From: Bdellovibrionales bacterium
Lineage (GTDB): Bacteria; Bdellovibrionota; Bdellovibrionia; Bdellovibrionales; UBA1609
Direction of reading: 5' to 3'
Length of the DNA: 61,745 bases
NCBI GenBank assembly: GCA_007128005.1
Contig: SKYF01000042.1
Coordinates: forward strand, 1-61,745
Made by a program: the position numbers and the translations under genes. The notes beneath the pieces are model-generated. The model worked only from the letters and a program-made list of their open reading frames with translations, made no database searches and had not been told where the DNA came from. Shown piece by piece: positions 45,236 through 54,655 of this stretch; positions within the stretch are counted from its first letter, which is position 1; every line of letters starts with the position of its first letter.

Positions 45236-45645
45236 AACTACCTACCTTTGATAAGTCAAGATTATAAGAAAGTATAATGAACAAATCATGCTATTTCTTT
45301 GACGCTTTTTTTATGGCTCTGCGCTTAAAGCGTCATGGCCTTGACTGGCTTGGGCGTCAAAAGAAAGTCTATTGCTTATAGAGCTGGGCTTGCCTAGAAT
45401 TTGGGCATGGAAATTAAAATAACTCGCCAAAGCATAAGGGGTTTGAGAATTGACAGGGATCTTTCGCCCGCGATAGCGTCTGAAGTGAAGGGTGATCAAA
45501 CACCCACTTCGGTTAGATATTCAGTGATAGATCAAACCAGCAACAGTGCTGGGGCAGAGGAGCGGCCGACTCACAGTGCGGCTGAGGGGCTATCTGTCAC
45601 TCGAAAATGCACAGTAGAGGAAGGCACCAGAAAAAGGGAGACATC

Positions 45646-48057
45646 ATGGAACTACAAAATATTGAATCAAAAAACCAAGAATCTTATTTAGAGCCTCAGG
45701 ACAGCCATGACGGCCCAAAAATCATGAGAGTGAAAAAGCGCAATGGCAGCCTTGAGGCTGTCAACGTCAACAAGATCGTCAACGTAGTGATTGCCTGCTC
45801 AAGTCACTTAAAAGAGGTCGATCCCATGCGAGTGGCCACCAAGGTGATCAGCGGGCTCTACGATGGGGCTTCTACTCAAGAGCTGGACAAACTCTGCATT
45901 CAAACCGCTTCTCTTCTGATTGGCGAGGAGCCCGAGTATTCAAAGTTGGCCTCGCGCCTACTTGCCCGCTTTATCGACGAAGAAGTGGCTAGCCAAAACA
46001 TTCGCAACTTCTACGAGTCCGTCACCCGCGGCTTTGAAAACGGCTTGATTTCAGAGGAGAAGTTCAACTTTGTCAGAGAGAACAAAGAGGCCTTAAATAT
46101 TATTGTCGACGACACGCGAACCCAGAAATTCGAATACTTTGGACTGCGTACGGTCTATGACCGCTATCTTTTAAAGGACCCTATCAGTCGTCAAGTTATT
46201 GAAACACCCCAGTACTTCTTTTTGCGGGTGGCCTGTGGTCTCGCTCAGACCTTCCAAGAAGCCAAGGAGTTCTACGAGTTGATCTCAAGCCTTGACTATA
46301 TGCCAAGCTCGCCGACCCTATTCAACTCAGCCACAGCCCGCCCACAGCTGTCTTCCTGCTACCTACTGGACTCTCCCGTAGACGATCTATCCTCCATTTA
46401 TGACAAATACAAAGACATTGCCCTGCTCTCAAAGTTTGCCGGAGGCATAGGAGCCTCTTTCACACGAGTTCGCTCTCGGGGCAGCCTGATAAAAGGAACC
46501 AACGGACACAGCAACGGCCTTGTGCCCTGGCTTAAGACACTGGACTCCTCTGTGGCCGCTGTCAATCAAGGCGGGCGCCGCAAGGGGGCTGCCTGTATTT
46601 ATTTGGAAACTTGGCATGCCGACATCGAGGAGTTTTTGCAACTGAGGGACAACACGGGAGACGAAGCACAGCGCGCCCACAACCTCAATCTGGCCAATTG
46701 GGTGCCCGATCTGTTTATGCGTCGAGTGGAAGAGGACGCCATGTGGTCGCTGTTCGACCCCAAGGAGGTCCCAGAGTTCACTGACCTGTTTGGTGAGCAG
46801 TTTGAACAGGCCTACATCCAGGCCGAAAAAGAGGGCCGTTTTATGCGCCAGGTGAAAGCTCGCGACCTCTACTCGCGAATGATGAAGACCCTGGCACAGA
46901 CCGGAAATGGATGGATGACCTTTAAGGATGCCAGCAACGGCAAAAGCAACCAAACCGGTCGACCCAATAATGTGATTCATTTGTCCAATCTGTGCACAGA
47001 AATTCTCGAGGTGACTTCTGACAGCGAGACGGCTGTGTGCAACTTGGGCTCCATCAATCTTTCCAATTATATTAAAGATGGGCAGTTCGACTTTGAAAAG
47101 CTGGCCCAAAACACCCGAACTGCAATTAAGTACCTAGACCGAGTCATAGACATCAACTTTTATCCCATTGGCTCAGCCTCCAGCTCTAACAACCGCTGGC
47201 GCCCTGTGGGCTTGGGCTTGATGGGTCTTCAGGATCTGTTCTTTAAAATGGGCTTGCCCTTTGACTCCGAGGAAGCCAAAAAACTTTCAGCTAGGGTCTC
47301 AGAAGAGATTTACTTTAATGCCCTCGACACCTCCTGCTCTCTGGCAGAAAGCTTTGGGGCTCACCAATCCTTCCCCGAGACCCGGGCAGCTCGTGGGGAG
47401 TTGCAGTTTGACCACTGGGGTGTCACGCCCGATGACCCTGCCCGCTGGGACGCCTTAAGAGAGCGAATCAAAAAACAGGGCTTGCGCAATTCACTTATGA
47501 TTGCGATTGCCCCTACGGCCACTATCGCCTCCATCTGCGGAGTTTATGAGGCCATTGAGCCGCAAATTTCGAATCTCTTTAAGCGCGAAACCTTGTCTGG
47601 GGAGTTTATTCAGATCAATAAGTATCTGGTGGAGGCCCTAAAAAAGAGAAATCTGTGGAACGAGCGGATCCGCAATCAAATCAAGGCCAATGAGGGCTCC
47701 ATTCAAGCCATTGATGACATCCCCAATGATATCAAATTGATGTTCCGCACAGTCTGGGAGATTCCTCAGAAGGCCCTGATTGATATGGCCGCCGCCAGAG
47801 GAGCCTTTATTGATCAGAGCCAGTCGCTGAACCTGTTTATTGAGAGCCCCACCATTGGCAAGCTTTCCAGTATGTATATGTACGCTTGGAAGATGGGGAT
47901 CAAAACCACTTACTATCTGCGCTCTCGACCGGCCACAAAAATTGCGAAGGTCTCTATGGGTTCAGCTGTCGCTGAGCCTGAAAAAAAGACCTTCACAGAC
48001 GAAGAGGCTCTGGCCTGCTCTCTGGAAAACCCAGAAATTTGCGAGGCCTGCCAGTAA
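45646..48057 (+). CDS. nrdA: Ribonucleoside-diphosphate reductase alpha subunit (class I) with an N-terminal ATP-cone
   Basis: ATP-cone VKKRNGSLEAVNVNKI. Active-site NLCTEI. C-terminal CEACQ redox pair. The ATG at 45646 follows AAGGGAG. The ORF is open from 45607. Confidence 0.95.
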   Translation: MELQNIESKNQESYLEPQDSHDGPKIMRVKKRNGSLEAVNVNKIVNVVIACSSHLKEVDPMRVATKVISGLYDGASTQELDKLCIQTASLLIGEEPEYSKLASRLLARFIDEEVASQNIRNFYESVTRGFENGLISEEKFNFVRENKEALNIIVDDTRTQKFEYFGLRTVYDRYLLKDPISRQVIETPQYFFLRVACGLAQTFQEAKEFYELISSLDYMPSSPTLFNSATARPQLSSCYLLDSPVDDLSSIYDKYKDIALLSKFAGGIGASFTRVRSRGSLIKGTNGHSNGLVPWLKTLDSSVAAVNQGGRRKGAACIYLETWHADIEEFLQLRDNTGDEAQRAHNLNLANWVPDLFMRRVEEDAMWSLFDPKEVPEFTDLFGEQFEQAYIQAEKEGRFMRQVKARDLYSRMMKTLAQTGNGWMTFKDASNGKSNQTGRPNNVIHLSNLCTEILEVTSDSETAVCNLGSINLSNYIKDGQFDFEKLAQNTRTAIKYLDRVIDINFYPIGSASSSNNRWRPVGLGLMGLQDLFFKMGLPFDSEEAKKLSARVSEEIYFNALDTSCSLAESFGAHQSFPETRAARGELQFDHWGVTPDDPARWDALRERIKKQGLRNSLMIAIAPTATIASICGVYEAIEPQISNLFKRETLSGEFIQINKYLVEALKKRNLWNERIRNQIKANEGSIQAIDDIPNDIKLMFRTVWEIPQKALIDMAAARGAFIDQSQSLNLFIESPTIGKLSSMYMYAWKMGIKTTYYLRSRPATKIAKVSMGSAVAEPEKKTFTDEEALACSLENPEICEACQ

Positions 48058-48091
48058 CTTGACCAAAGAATACAACTAAGGAGGACTGACA

Positions 48092-49090
48092 ATGATTTTG
48101 GATCCTGGATTTGACCTGACTCTAAGACCGATGAAGTACCCTGTGTTTTATGAGATGTATAAAAATGCGATCAAGAACACCTGGACAGTGGACGAAGTGG
48201 ATTTTAGCTCAGACTTGGTCGACCTGAACAGTAAGATGACTCCGGCAGAAAGGCATCTCATCAGCCGCCTCGTGGCTTTTTTTGCCACCGGAGACTCCAT
48301 TGTGGGCAACAACCTAGTCCTGAACCTGTACAAACATATCAACTCCCCAGAGGCCAGGCTCTACTTATCCCGCCAGCTCTTTGAAGAGGCCCTTCACGTT
48401 CAGTTCTATTTGACGCTTTTAGACAGCTACATCCCCGATATCAACGAGAGAGAAAAGGCCTTTGCCGCCATTGACAACATTCCCTCCATTAAGAAAAAGG
48501 CCCAATTTAGCTTTAAATGGATGGACTCCATCGACAAACTCAACCGTCTGGACAGCATTGAGGATCGCAGGCGCTTTTTAATGAATTTGATTTGTTTTGC
48601 CGGCACCATCGAGGGCCTGTTCTTTTTTGCGGCCTTTGCCTATGTTTACTTTTTGCGCTCTAAAGGCCTGTTGAGTGGGCTTGCCACAGGAACCAACTGG
48701 GTGTTCCGTGATGAAAGCGCTCATATTGACTTTGCCTACAAGGTCATCGAAGTCGCTCTTCAGGAGCAGCCCGAGCTGCTCAGCCCTGGCATGAAGGATA
48801 TGATCATTGCCATGATGAATGATGCCATTGACTGCGAGATGGAGTTTGCCCATGACATTCTAGATCAGGGGCTTGCGGGGCTGAGCGCCAAGGATATGAA
48901 GACCTATCTGCAGTATGTTGCCGATCAGCGCCTTCAGCGTCTTGGTATTGCCCATCAGTTCAACGTCAGGAACCCATTTGACTTTATGGAACTCCAGGAC
49001 ACTCAGGAGTTGGCCAACTTCTTTGAGCGCCGAGTTTCAGCCTACCAAGTGGGAGTTTCTGGAAAGGTGACCTTCGACGAGAGCTTTTAA
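48092..49090 (+). CDS. nrdB: Ribonucleoside-diphosphate reductase beta subunit
   Basis: Di-iron ligand motifs EEALHVQFY and FRDESAHIDF. GGAGG lies upstream of the ATG. Confidence 0.95.
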   Translation: MILDPGFDLTLRPMKYPVFYEMYKNAIKNTWTVDEVDFSSDLVDLNSKMTPAERHLISRLVAFFATGDSIVGNNLVLNLYKHINSPEARLYLSRQLFEEALHVQFYLTLLDSYIPDINEREKAFAAIDNIPSIKKKAQFSFKWMDSIDKLNRLDSIEDRRRFLMNLICFAGTIEGLFFFAAFAYVYFLRSKGLLSGLATGTNWVFRDESAHIDFAYKVIEVALQEQPELLSPGMKDMIIAMMNDAIDCEMEFAHDILDQGLAGLSAKDMKTYLQYVADQRLQRLGIAHQFNVRNPFDFMELQDTQELANFFERRVSAYQVGVSGKVTFDESF

Positions 49091-49096
49091 TCGGAG

Positions 49097-49117
49097 GGCC
49101 TGCCTTAGAGGCAGGCC
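49097..49117. terminator. GC-rich hairpin between convergent nrdB and the CBS gene (possible bidirectional terminator)
   Basis: ggcctgcc-ttaga-ggcaggcc, an 8-bp perfect stem. There is no clear U-tract on either side. Confidence 0.45.
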
Positions 49118-49127
49118 ACAAGCCAAT

Positions 49128-49535
49128 TTAGTGATTGGCCCGAGACACTTCAATCAAAGCATTAAGAGCATCGGTCACAGTGAAGATCCCGAGAAATTCA
49201 TCCTTTTCTCCGGTGACAACAACGCTGCCAATCTTTTGTTTGGACATCTCAAAGGCGACTTCATCTAGGGGTGTCTGGCAATTCACAGTGACGGGGTCGG
49301 CAGACATAATGTCTTTGGCGGTGATAAGCCTCTTTTCGTCCAAGTTAAGCCCAGACACCAGACGCACATCCCTTTCGCTGACAATGCCAACCACCTGACC
49401 CTGACGCATAATGGGCAGGTGGCGAATGCCATTGTCCCTCATCAGGGCCGCCAGCTCTTCAATGCCAACAGCCTCTTCAGCAGTGATCGGGTCTGGCGTG
49501 GTGTACTCCTCAACAGGCAGCTCCAATTTACTCAT
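49128..49535 (-). CDS. CBS-domain pair protein
   Basis: Two CBS repeats (IRHLPIMRQGQVVGIVSERDV; IGSVVVTGEKDEFLGIFTVTDAL). Confidence 0.8.
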   Translation of the reverse strand: MSKLELPVEEYTTPDPITAEEAVGIEELAALMRDNGIRHLPIMRQGQVVGIVSERDVRLVSGLNLDEKRLITAKDIMSADPVTVNCQTPLDEVAFEMSKQKIGSVVVTGEKDEFLGIFTVTDALNALIEVSRANH

Positions 49536-49601
49536 AGCGCTAATCTCCTTTTCTCAACGCCCTATGTCCCATAGATAATGCCCGGGATCAAGCCCCTTAG
49601 T

Positions 49602-50741
49602 TTAAGCTCTCCGCCAGCCCCCAAGGGGTTGATCCTGACGCCTTAAAACCCACCAGAGCATAACTAGAGCGATCAACAGCATGCCCATAGAAAGCCACTG
49701 CCCCCTCGTCAAACCCAGGGCCTGAAAGCCAATATGGGCATCGGGCAGACGAAACTGCTCGCCGACAATTCGCGCGAGAGCGTAGACCACTCCGAAGGTC
49801 GCAGCAATCACCCCGGGCTTGCGCGGCTTCATCCACAATAAGGCCAGGACCACAAACACCAAAAGCCCCTCAAGGACAGCCTGAATCAGCTGCGAGGGAT
49901 ACCTCGCCACAAGATGGGGGGCCACCAAGGCCGTAATCTGTACCTGCCCACTCTGAATGGCCAAGATCAGCTGTTCGACCCCCTGGGCCACGGCCTGATA
50001 GGAAGTCCCGTCGCGAAAGGAGTTTCTCACCCAGCTGATCCAAGTCTCCTGAGTCACCTCCAGCCACTGCCCTGACCTCAGCTGGATGCGCTCAAGCTTT
50101 TCGGCCGCTGGCGCTAGGGCCTCCAGCTTAAGGATTTGACTGCGATCCTGCAGCCAGCTGTACATCTCTTGGGGGAATTTCACAGCCCAAGACAAACCCT
50201 CCGGAGCAGGTCTGCCGTAGAGCTCTCCATTGATAAAGTTGGCAATGCGGCCAAAAAAGACACCTAAGGAGCCTCCCACTACGACAAGATCCAAGTTGTG
50301 CAGAAAACTTACCTTCCTCCACCAGGCATAAAAAAGACAGCTAAGGGTGATCCCAATAATCCCCCCATGGCTCGCCATCCCCCCCTGATGCACTTTTAAA
50401 GGCCCCCAAAAAGGAAAGCCCCCTCCCCACTCCAAAAAAAGATGGGGGGAGTAAAAGACCACATAGCCCAGACGCCCTCCCAACATGGTTCCAATGGCCA
50501 CGATAAAGACAAAGTCCTCCACCTGATGTTTAGCGATGGGACTGCGCCCTTGAGAGGAGAGATAGCGGATAATAAAATAGCTGATGATAAAGCCCAAAAG
50601 GTAAGCCAAGCCATACCAGCGCACCGCCAACCCCTCGAGCAGAGGGATGCCAAAGCTGGGCAAATAAAAGATCACTGGATCCAGACTGTGAACGTAGACA
50701 TCTAGCATGGATAAACCCTCTTCAAGTGAAATCACCATCAT
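49602..50741 (-). CDS. lgt: Prolipoprotein diacylglyceryl transferase with an enlarged periplasmic head insertion
   Basis: VRWYGLAYLLGF, GGRLGYV, GGMASHGGIIG and FGRIANFINGELYGR motifs. At 379 aa it is longer than the ~290 aa typical for the family. The true start may be MLDVY at 50708. Confidence 0.85.
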   Translation of the reverse strand: MMVISLEEGLSMLDVYVHSLDPVIFYLPSFGIPLLEGLAVRWYGLAYLLGFIISYFIIRYLSSQGRSPIAKHQVEDFVFIVAIGTMLGGRLGYVVFYSPHLFLEWGGGFPFWGPLKVHQGGMASHGGIIGITLSCLFYAWWRKVSFLHNLDLVVVGGSLGVFFGRIANFINGELYGRPAPEGLSWAVKFPQEMYSWLQDRSQILKLEALAPAAEKLERIQLRSGQWLEVTQETWISWVRNSFRDGTSYQAVAQGVEQLILAIQSGQVQITALVAPHLVARYPSQLIQAVLEGLLVFVVLALLWMKPRKPGVIAATFGVVYALARIVGEQFRLPDAHIGFQALGLTRGQWLSMGMLLIALVMLWWVLRRQDQPLGGWRRA

Positions 50742-50979
50742 GCCGAGACTTGCCCTTTAAGTCACTTTGCCACCATAAATTTTTTATCCAGTGGCAGCCT
50801 TTGAGCTCATTTTCTGGGCTGTTCCTATACAAATTTCATTGAATGCGCCGAGCCATCGACTCGGAATCCTTCAGCTTGGTGCCATTTTGGGCTGGCACAA
50901 AATTGGCAGTGGGTAGGGCCGACAGAGGGGCTCCACAAAAGCCTCAAGTTGAACCTGAACTGTAAGCTGTGGTGCAAAA

Positions 50980-52503
50980 ATGAAAACAAAAAACCAACCC
51001 ACTCAACCCCTACGCATAAAGCTCTGGTCCGCTCTGCTTCTTCTCAATTTGGGCGGCCCCCTTGTCCTTGGGCTGCTGATCTTCTTCGCCCTGCCTCCCA
51101 TTGTGCAACACTGGCAAGAGCAACAAAGGCTCCGGGTGAATCAGAAAATTCTCCATGAGCTGTCCTCCCAGGCCGAGCATTTGCTAAGCCAAGGCAGCTC
51201 TGTCGAGGTGTCTGAGATGTCTAAGATGTGCCAGCTGTGGCTGGCCAGCCACAGGCAGCTGCTCTTTGTCTCCGTCCACCAGGGCCCCACCACCCTCTGT
51301 CAGGCGGGACTGAGCCGCAGTCAACGCGCTCCAGACATTGAGTTTGACTCCTTTCATCAGAAACTTCCGCAAAGGCCTCTCCACCAGGAGTTCGAGCCCT
51401 CCGCGCTGGGTCAGCTGGATTTAGAAATTTTGCGCAGCCGTGATTTTGTGGCACCTACTGGGTTTCTAGGCCTAGGGGTGATGAGCTTACTGTTGGTCTT
51501 AAGCTTTGGTCTTCTTTTGTTCTTGGCCAACTCCATGCTCTTTTTTCAGCTGATTCACCGCCCCTTAAAGGAGTTCTCTCGACTTGTAGCGCAGAGAAAC
51601 TTCACAGCTCTGGCAAAATTTGAGCCCGACTGGGGGATCTTAAAACTCGCAGAGATTGAAGACTTTCTCAACGAGACTAAGAAAGTAGCGCAAGAGGTAT
51701 TAAGGGCGGAAAAGTCCCACAAGAACCTTCTGCGGCAAAAGGCCCTCCTGGCGGTGGCCCAACAGGTGTCTCACGACATCCAGTCTCCCCTGAGCGCTCT
51801 CAACCTTGTTCTCCATCAGCTCCCTCACATCTCTGGCGAGCACAAAAGCCTGCTTCAAGCCACGGTCAAACGCATCCAGCAGATCGTCCAGGACCTTGTG
51901 CCCAAAGGCCTTCAACAGAACCCCAACCGTCCAGCCATTTTGATTGGGCCCATCTTAAAAACACTGCTCAGGGAAAAACAGCTTGAACACCAGGCTGTGG
52001 CCGACCTGAAGCTCGAGCTGCAAGACCTCAGCCAAGACAAGGACCGAGTCAGGGTTGAGGACTCGGCGCTGTCGCGAATCATCTCCAACCTGATCAACAA
52101 CTCTGTGGATGCAGGGGCAAGACAGATTGAAGTGAGGGTCAAGCCACTTTGCTCCTCCCTCGTCATTGAGGTCAAGGACGACGGCAAAGGAATGCCTCGG
52201 GAGTTGATCTCACAGCTAGGGCGTCGCCCCTTGAGCCATGGCAAGGCTTCGGGCTCAGGTCTTGGTCTGTACAGCGCCTTTAAAGTCCTTGAGAGCTGGG
52301 GAGGAGTTGTGGAAATCGACAGCCAACTTGACACAGGGACTTCAGTCCGCCTAATCCTACCCTCTGACTGCGAGTCATTTGAAAGTGTGCAGACCGCCCC
52401 TCAAAGGACTCCAGGCAAAAACTCTCGGAAAGGATCGGACTTCCTTGAAATTTATTCTGGCCAGTCAGTCACCCTATCGCCGAGCCCAGCTCGCTGCACT
52501 TAA
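50980..52503 (+). CDS. Membrane sensor histidine kinase (orphan)
   Basis: Two TM segments, H-box VSHDIQSPLSAL, and ATPase boxes NLINNSVDAG, DDGKGMP, GSGLGLY. No response regulator is adjacent. Confidence 0.8.
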   Translation: MKTKNQPTQPLRIKLWSALLLLNLGGPLVLGLLIFFALPPIVQHWQEQQRLRVNQKILHELSSQAEHLLSQGSSVEVSEMSKMCQLWLASHRQLLFVSVHQGPTTLCQAGLSRSQRAPDIEFDSFHQKLPQRPLHQEFEPSALGQLDLEILRSRDFVAPTGFLGLGVMSLLLVLSFGLLLFLANSMLFFQLIHRPLKEFSRLVAQRNFTALAKFEPDWGILKLAEIEDFLNETKKVAQEVLRAEKSHKNLLRQKALLAVAQQVSHDIQSPLSALNLVLHQLPHISGEHKSLLQATVKRIQQIVQDLVPKGLQQNPNRPAILIGPILKTLLREKQLEHQAVADLKLELQDLSQDKDRVRVEDSALSRIISNLINNSVDAGARQIEVRVKPLCSSLVIEVKDDGKGMPRELISQLGRRPLSHGKASGSGLGLYSAFKVLESWGGVVEIDSQLDTGTSVRLILPSDCESFESVQTAPQRTPGKNSRKGSDFLEIYSGQSVTLSPSPARCT

Positions 52504-53026
52504 TCTGGATTTTGAGGCCAAGGCCCCTGAATTTGATGAAAAGACTCTACAGGACCAAGAGATGAGTGCTGCTGAGCTGTCCCTCCTCTTGGCCCAAAAA
52601 AAAGCTCAGAGCTTATGCCACCTCTTCCCGGACCAGGTGATTGTCGGCAGTGACCAGGTTTTGAGTTTTCAGGAAAAAAACTTAGGCAAACCCGGCTCCC
52701 GCCAAATGAACGAAGTCCGGCTTCAACAGATGCAGGGACAAAGCCATGAGCTGTTCACCTCGGTGTTTCTTATCGGCCCCGATGGCCAAAGCTTTACACA
52801 CACTGACCAGACCAGCATGAAAATGCGTCCCTTAAGCCCAGCAGAAATTAGAGCTTACATCGACAGAGACCGGCCCTGGGACTGCGCGGGCGGCTATAAG
52901 TTTGAACAACTTGGGATTTGTCTGTTTGAGGAGATTCACACCAAAGACCCCAGCTCCATTGTCGGCCTCCCCCTGTTGGCCACCCTCAAGGGCCTCAGAC
53001 TCTGGGGCATTCACCCTCTTCGTTAA
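52447..53026 (+). CDS. maf: Maf-like nucleoside triphosphate pyrophosphatase
   Basis: KFILASQSPYRRAQL N-terminal signature and CAGGYKFEQLG near the C-terminus. The TTG at 52447 after GGAAAGGA is the likely start. The ORF is open from 52379. Confidence 0.8.
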
Positions 53027-53066
53027 AGTACTGGCTTAGCTCTTTTAAGGCCTCGCCTTGGCTCTT

Positions 53067-53711
53067 TTAAGCGGCCTTTAGGATCTTGGCGACGGCGACC
53101 TCTTCATCGGGCTTGTCTTTGCCTAGATGGGGCCAAAGTTCTAGAAAGACTTTAACAAAGGCTGGATCAAATTGACTGCCGGAAAAGTCAATCAGCTCCT
53201 TTTTAACCTTCTCCAGAGGCAGCGCCTTGCGGTACGGCCGGGTGTTGGTCATGGCATCAAAGGTGTCCACCACGGCAATCAGGCGAGCCGCCATGGGAAT
53301 CTTATCTCCAGCTAGCCCAAAGGGGTAACCCGTGCCATCGATCTTCTCGTGGTGGTAGCGGATTCCCGGCAGCAGCATACGAAAAAAGGGAATGTGTGTC
53401 AGTGGCTCAATGATGGCCGCACTCTTAATGGTGTGGGACTTCATCTCATTGATCTCTTCCACAGTCAGGCGTCCGGGCTTTAACAGCACAGCATCGGCAA
53501 TGCCCACCTTGCCCACATCGTGAAACATCCCTGAAAACTCCATAATGGCCTGTTCGAATTCGTTGAGACCTGCGGCCTTAGCCAGACGCCTTGAGCCTCG
53601 CCCAACGCGAAGGCAGTGATAGAAGGTGTGTGGATCCTTCTGCTTCACAGTCAACATAATAGATGCGGCCACATCAGTGGCCCAACTGGGAATATCCTCC
53701 CAAGACACCAA
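53067..53711 (-). CDS. HD-GYP domain protein (putative c-di-GMP phosphodiesterase)
   Basis: HCLRV...HDVGK...HHEKIDGTGYP motifs. Confidence 0.85.
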   Translation of the reverse strand: MVSWEDIPSWATDVAASIMLTVKQKDPHTFYHCLRVGRGSRRLAKAAGLNEFEQAIMEFSGMFHDVGKVGIADAVLLKPGRLTVEEINEMKSHTIKSAAIIEPLTHIPFFRMLLPGIRYHHEKIDGTGYPFGLAGDKIPMAARLIAVVDTFDAMTNTRPYRKALPLEKVKKELIDFSGSQFDPAFVKVFLELWPHLGKDKPDEEVAVAKILKAA

Positions 53712-53828
53712 TACCCTCCCGGTGGATGTCCTCTAACCTATTGGCGCCACAAGATCGAATTCATAACTTCTGGCTCGTGACACTAAGTATCCATCGGCTG
53801 GATTTGAGCAGGCCTGCAATTAAAAATG

Positions 53829-53868
53829 AAAAAAAATAAAGGGACCTGTCTCAGTCTTGGACAGGCCC
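53829..53868 (-). terminator. Rho-independent terminator downstream of ppiC
   Basis: The minus strand reads GGGCCTGTC-CAAGACTGA-GACAGGTCCC (9 bp plus one bulge) followed by TTTATTTTTTTT. Confidence 0.65.
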
Positions 53869-53983
53869 TGAGAATCAAATGCAATCCTCTTGGAAAAACA
53901 GCCCCTTAGAAGAACGAGCGCATGTTGTTCTAAAGCCTCTTTGAGGGGCGGTTTCGCGTCATTTTACGGACAAGGAGACATCT

Positions 53984-54262
53984 TTAGGCGTAGCGCTGAA
54001 TCAGGTGGTAGCCAAATTGAGTTCTAACGGGACCAGAAGTCTCATCCACACCCAGGGCAAAGGCGGCCTCCTCAAAGGGGGCGACCATCTGACCTCGACC
54101 AAATTCCCCCAGATCTCCCCCTTGTTGTCCCGACGGACAGCGGGAAAACTTCTGGGCCAGATCCATAAACTTTTCTCCCTGAGCCAACTTCTGCACTAAG
54201 TCCTGAACCTCAAACTCCTGCTCCACCAAAATATGCCGTGCACGTATTCGACTCATCTTCAT
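53984..54262 (-). CDS. ppiC: Parvulin-type peptidyl-prolyl cis-trans isomerase (PpiC-like, 92 aa)
   Basis: ARHILV...[27 protein letters not shown]...FGYHLI is typical of small parvulins. Confidence 0.85.
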   Translation of the reverse strand: MKMSRIRARHILVEQEFEVQDLVQKLAQGEKFMDLAQKFSRCPSGQQGGDLGEFGRGQMVAPFEEAAFALGVDETSGPVRTQFGYHLIQRYA

Positions 54263-54455
54263 ATCTCCTTTGTGTTGAATTGCCCCTCAGCTGCTGCCTG
54301 AGGCTCGCCCTAAAGTCAAATCCGCCTGAAAAATTTCCAGGATTGTCGAGAAATCTTTGGAATCAGGCCAGGCTCCACGGACTCAGGGCACAATAAACCA
54401 GCTCCCAAGAGCCAAAAATTGGCATCTGCTTTGCTGAAACAGTGACAGGCGCGAA

Positions 54456-54582
54456 AGTGACTGGCGATAACCGCCAAAGACAAGGCGCCCGTCTCAAATC
54501 GAACGCAGGCGTACTTGAGCGGTACGTTGGAGTGAGATTTGAGACGAGCAACGCCGTATTTGGCGGTTTCGCGCCAGTCACT
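54456..54582. repeat. 127-nt extended imperfect hairpin (candidate structured RNA or MITE/REP-like palindromic element)
   Basis: Nested stems: 54456-54466/54572-54582 (11 bp), 54471-54478/54559-54566 (8 bp), 54484-54487/54552-54555 (4 bp), 54490-54500/54536-54546 (11 bp), and an apical cgtac/gtacg stem at 54510-54526. The outer arms carry the dispersed CGCCAGTCAC motif. Confidence 0.5.
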
Positions 54583-54655
54583 AAATAGTGGGCAGAGGGG
54601 CTGCTGTTTAGGGGGGACTGTTTTTTTGTTTTATTTGTACGGAGGACCAAAAAAA

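Noticed and set aside
45440-45640. Possible cobalamin riboswitch upstream of nrdA, from fragments such as gaagggtgatcaaacaccc and gcaacagtg that loosely resemble GGTGAAAATCC and GCAACTGT.
   Set aside because: The B12 box (AGxCxGGAxACCTGCC), the GCCACTG element and the GGGAAGGC element are all absent, and the order and spacing do not fit. The resemblance is at chance level. Only an Infernal scan could revive this idea.
53039-53071. 11-nt direct repeat gctcttttaag (53039-53049 and 53061-53071) between convergent maf and the HD-GYP gene.
   Set aside because: The repeat is short and AT-rich, the second copy partly overlaps the HD-GYP gene's 3' end, and there is no supporting hairpin or other copies in the window. 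It is compatible with chance.
54456-54582. Identification of the long hairpin as SRP (4.5S) RNA, tmRNA, RNase P RNA or 6S RNA.
   Set aside because: The SRP domain IV signature (GGAAGCAGCC, GNAR loop) is missing, as are the tmRNA tag/ACCA end and the RNase P GGAAAGTCCGGGC. 6S RNA cannot be confirmed or excluded by eye, so it is left as a generic candidate structured RNA or repeat.
54363-54650. 95-aa minus-strand ORF covering the extended hairpin region.
   Set aside because: It has no SD. The composition is Pro/Ser/Thr/Leu-rich with no domain features. Its length is explained by the palindromic, GC-richer sequence lacking stops. The region is better explained as non-coding structure.
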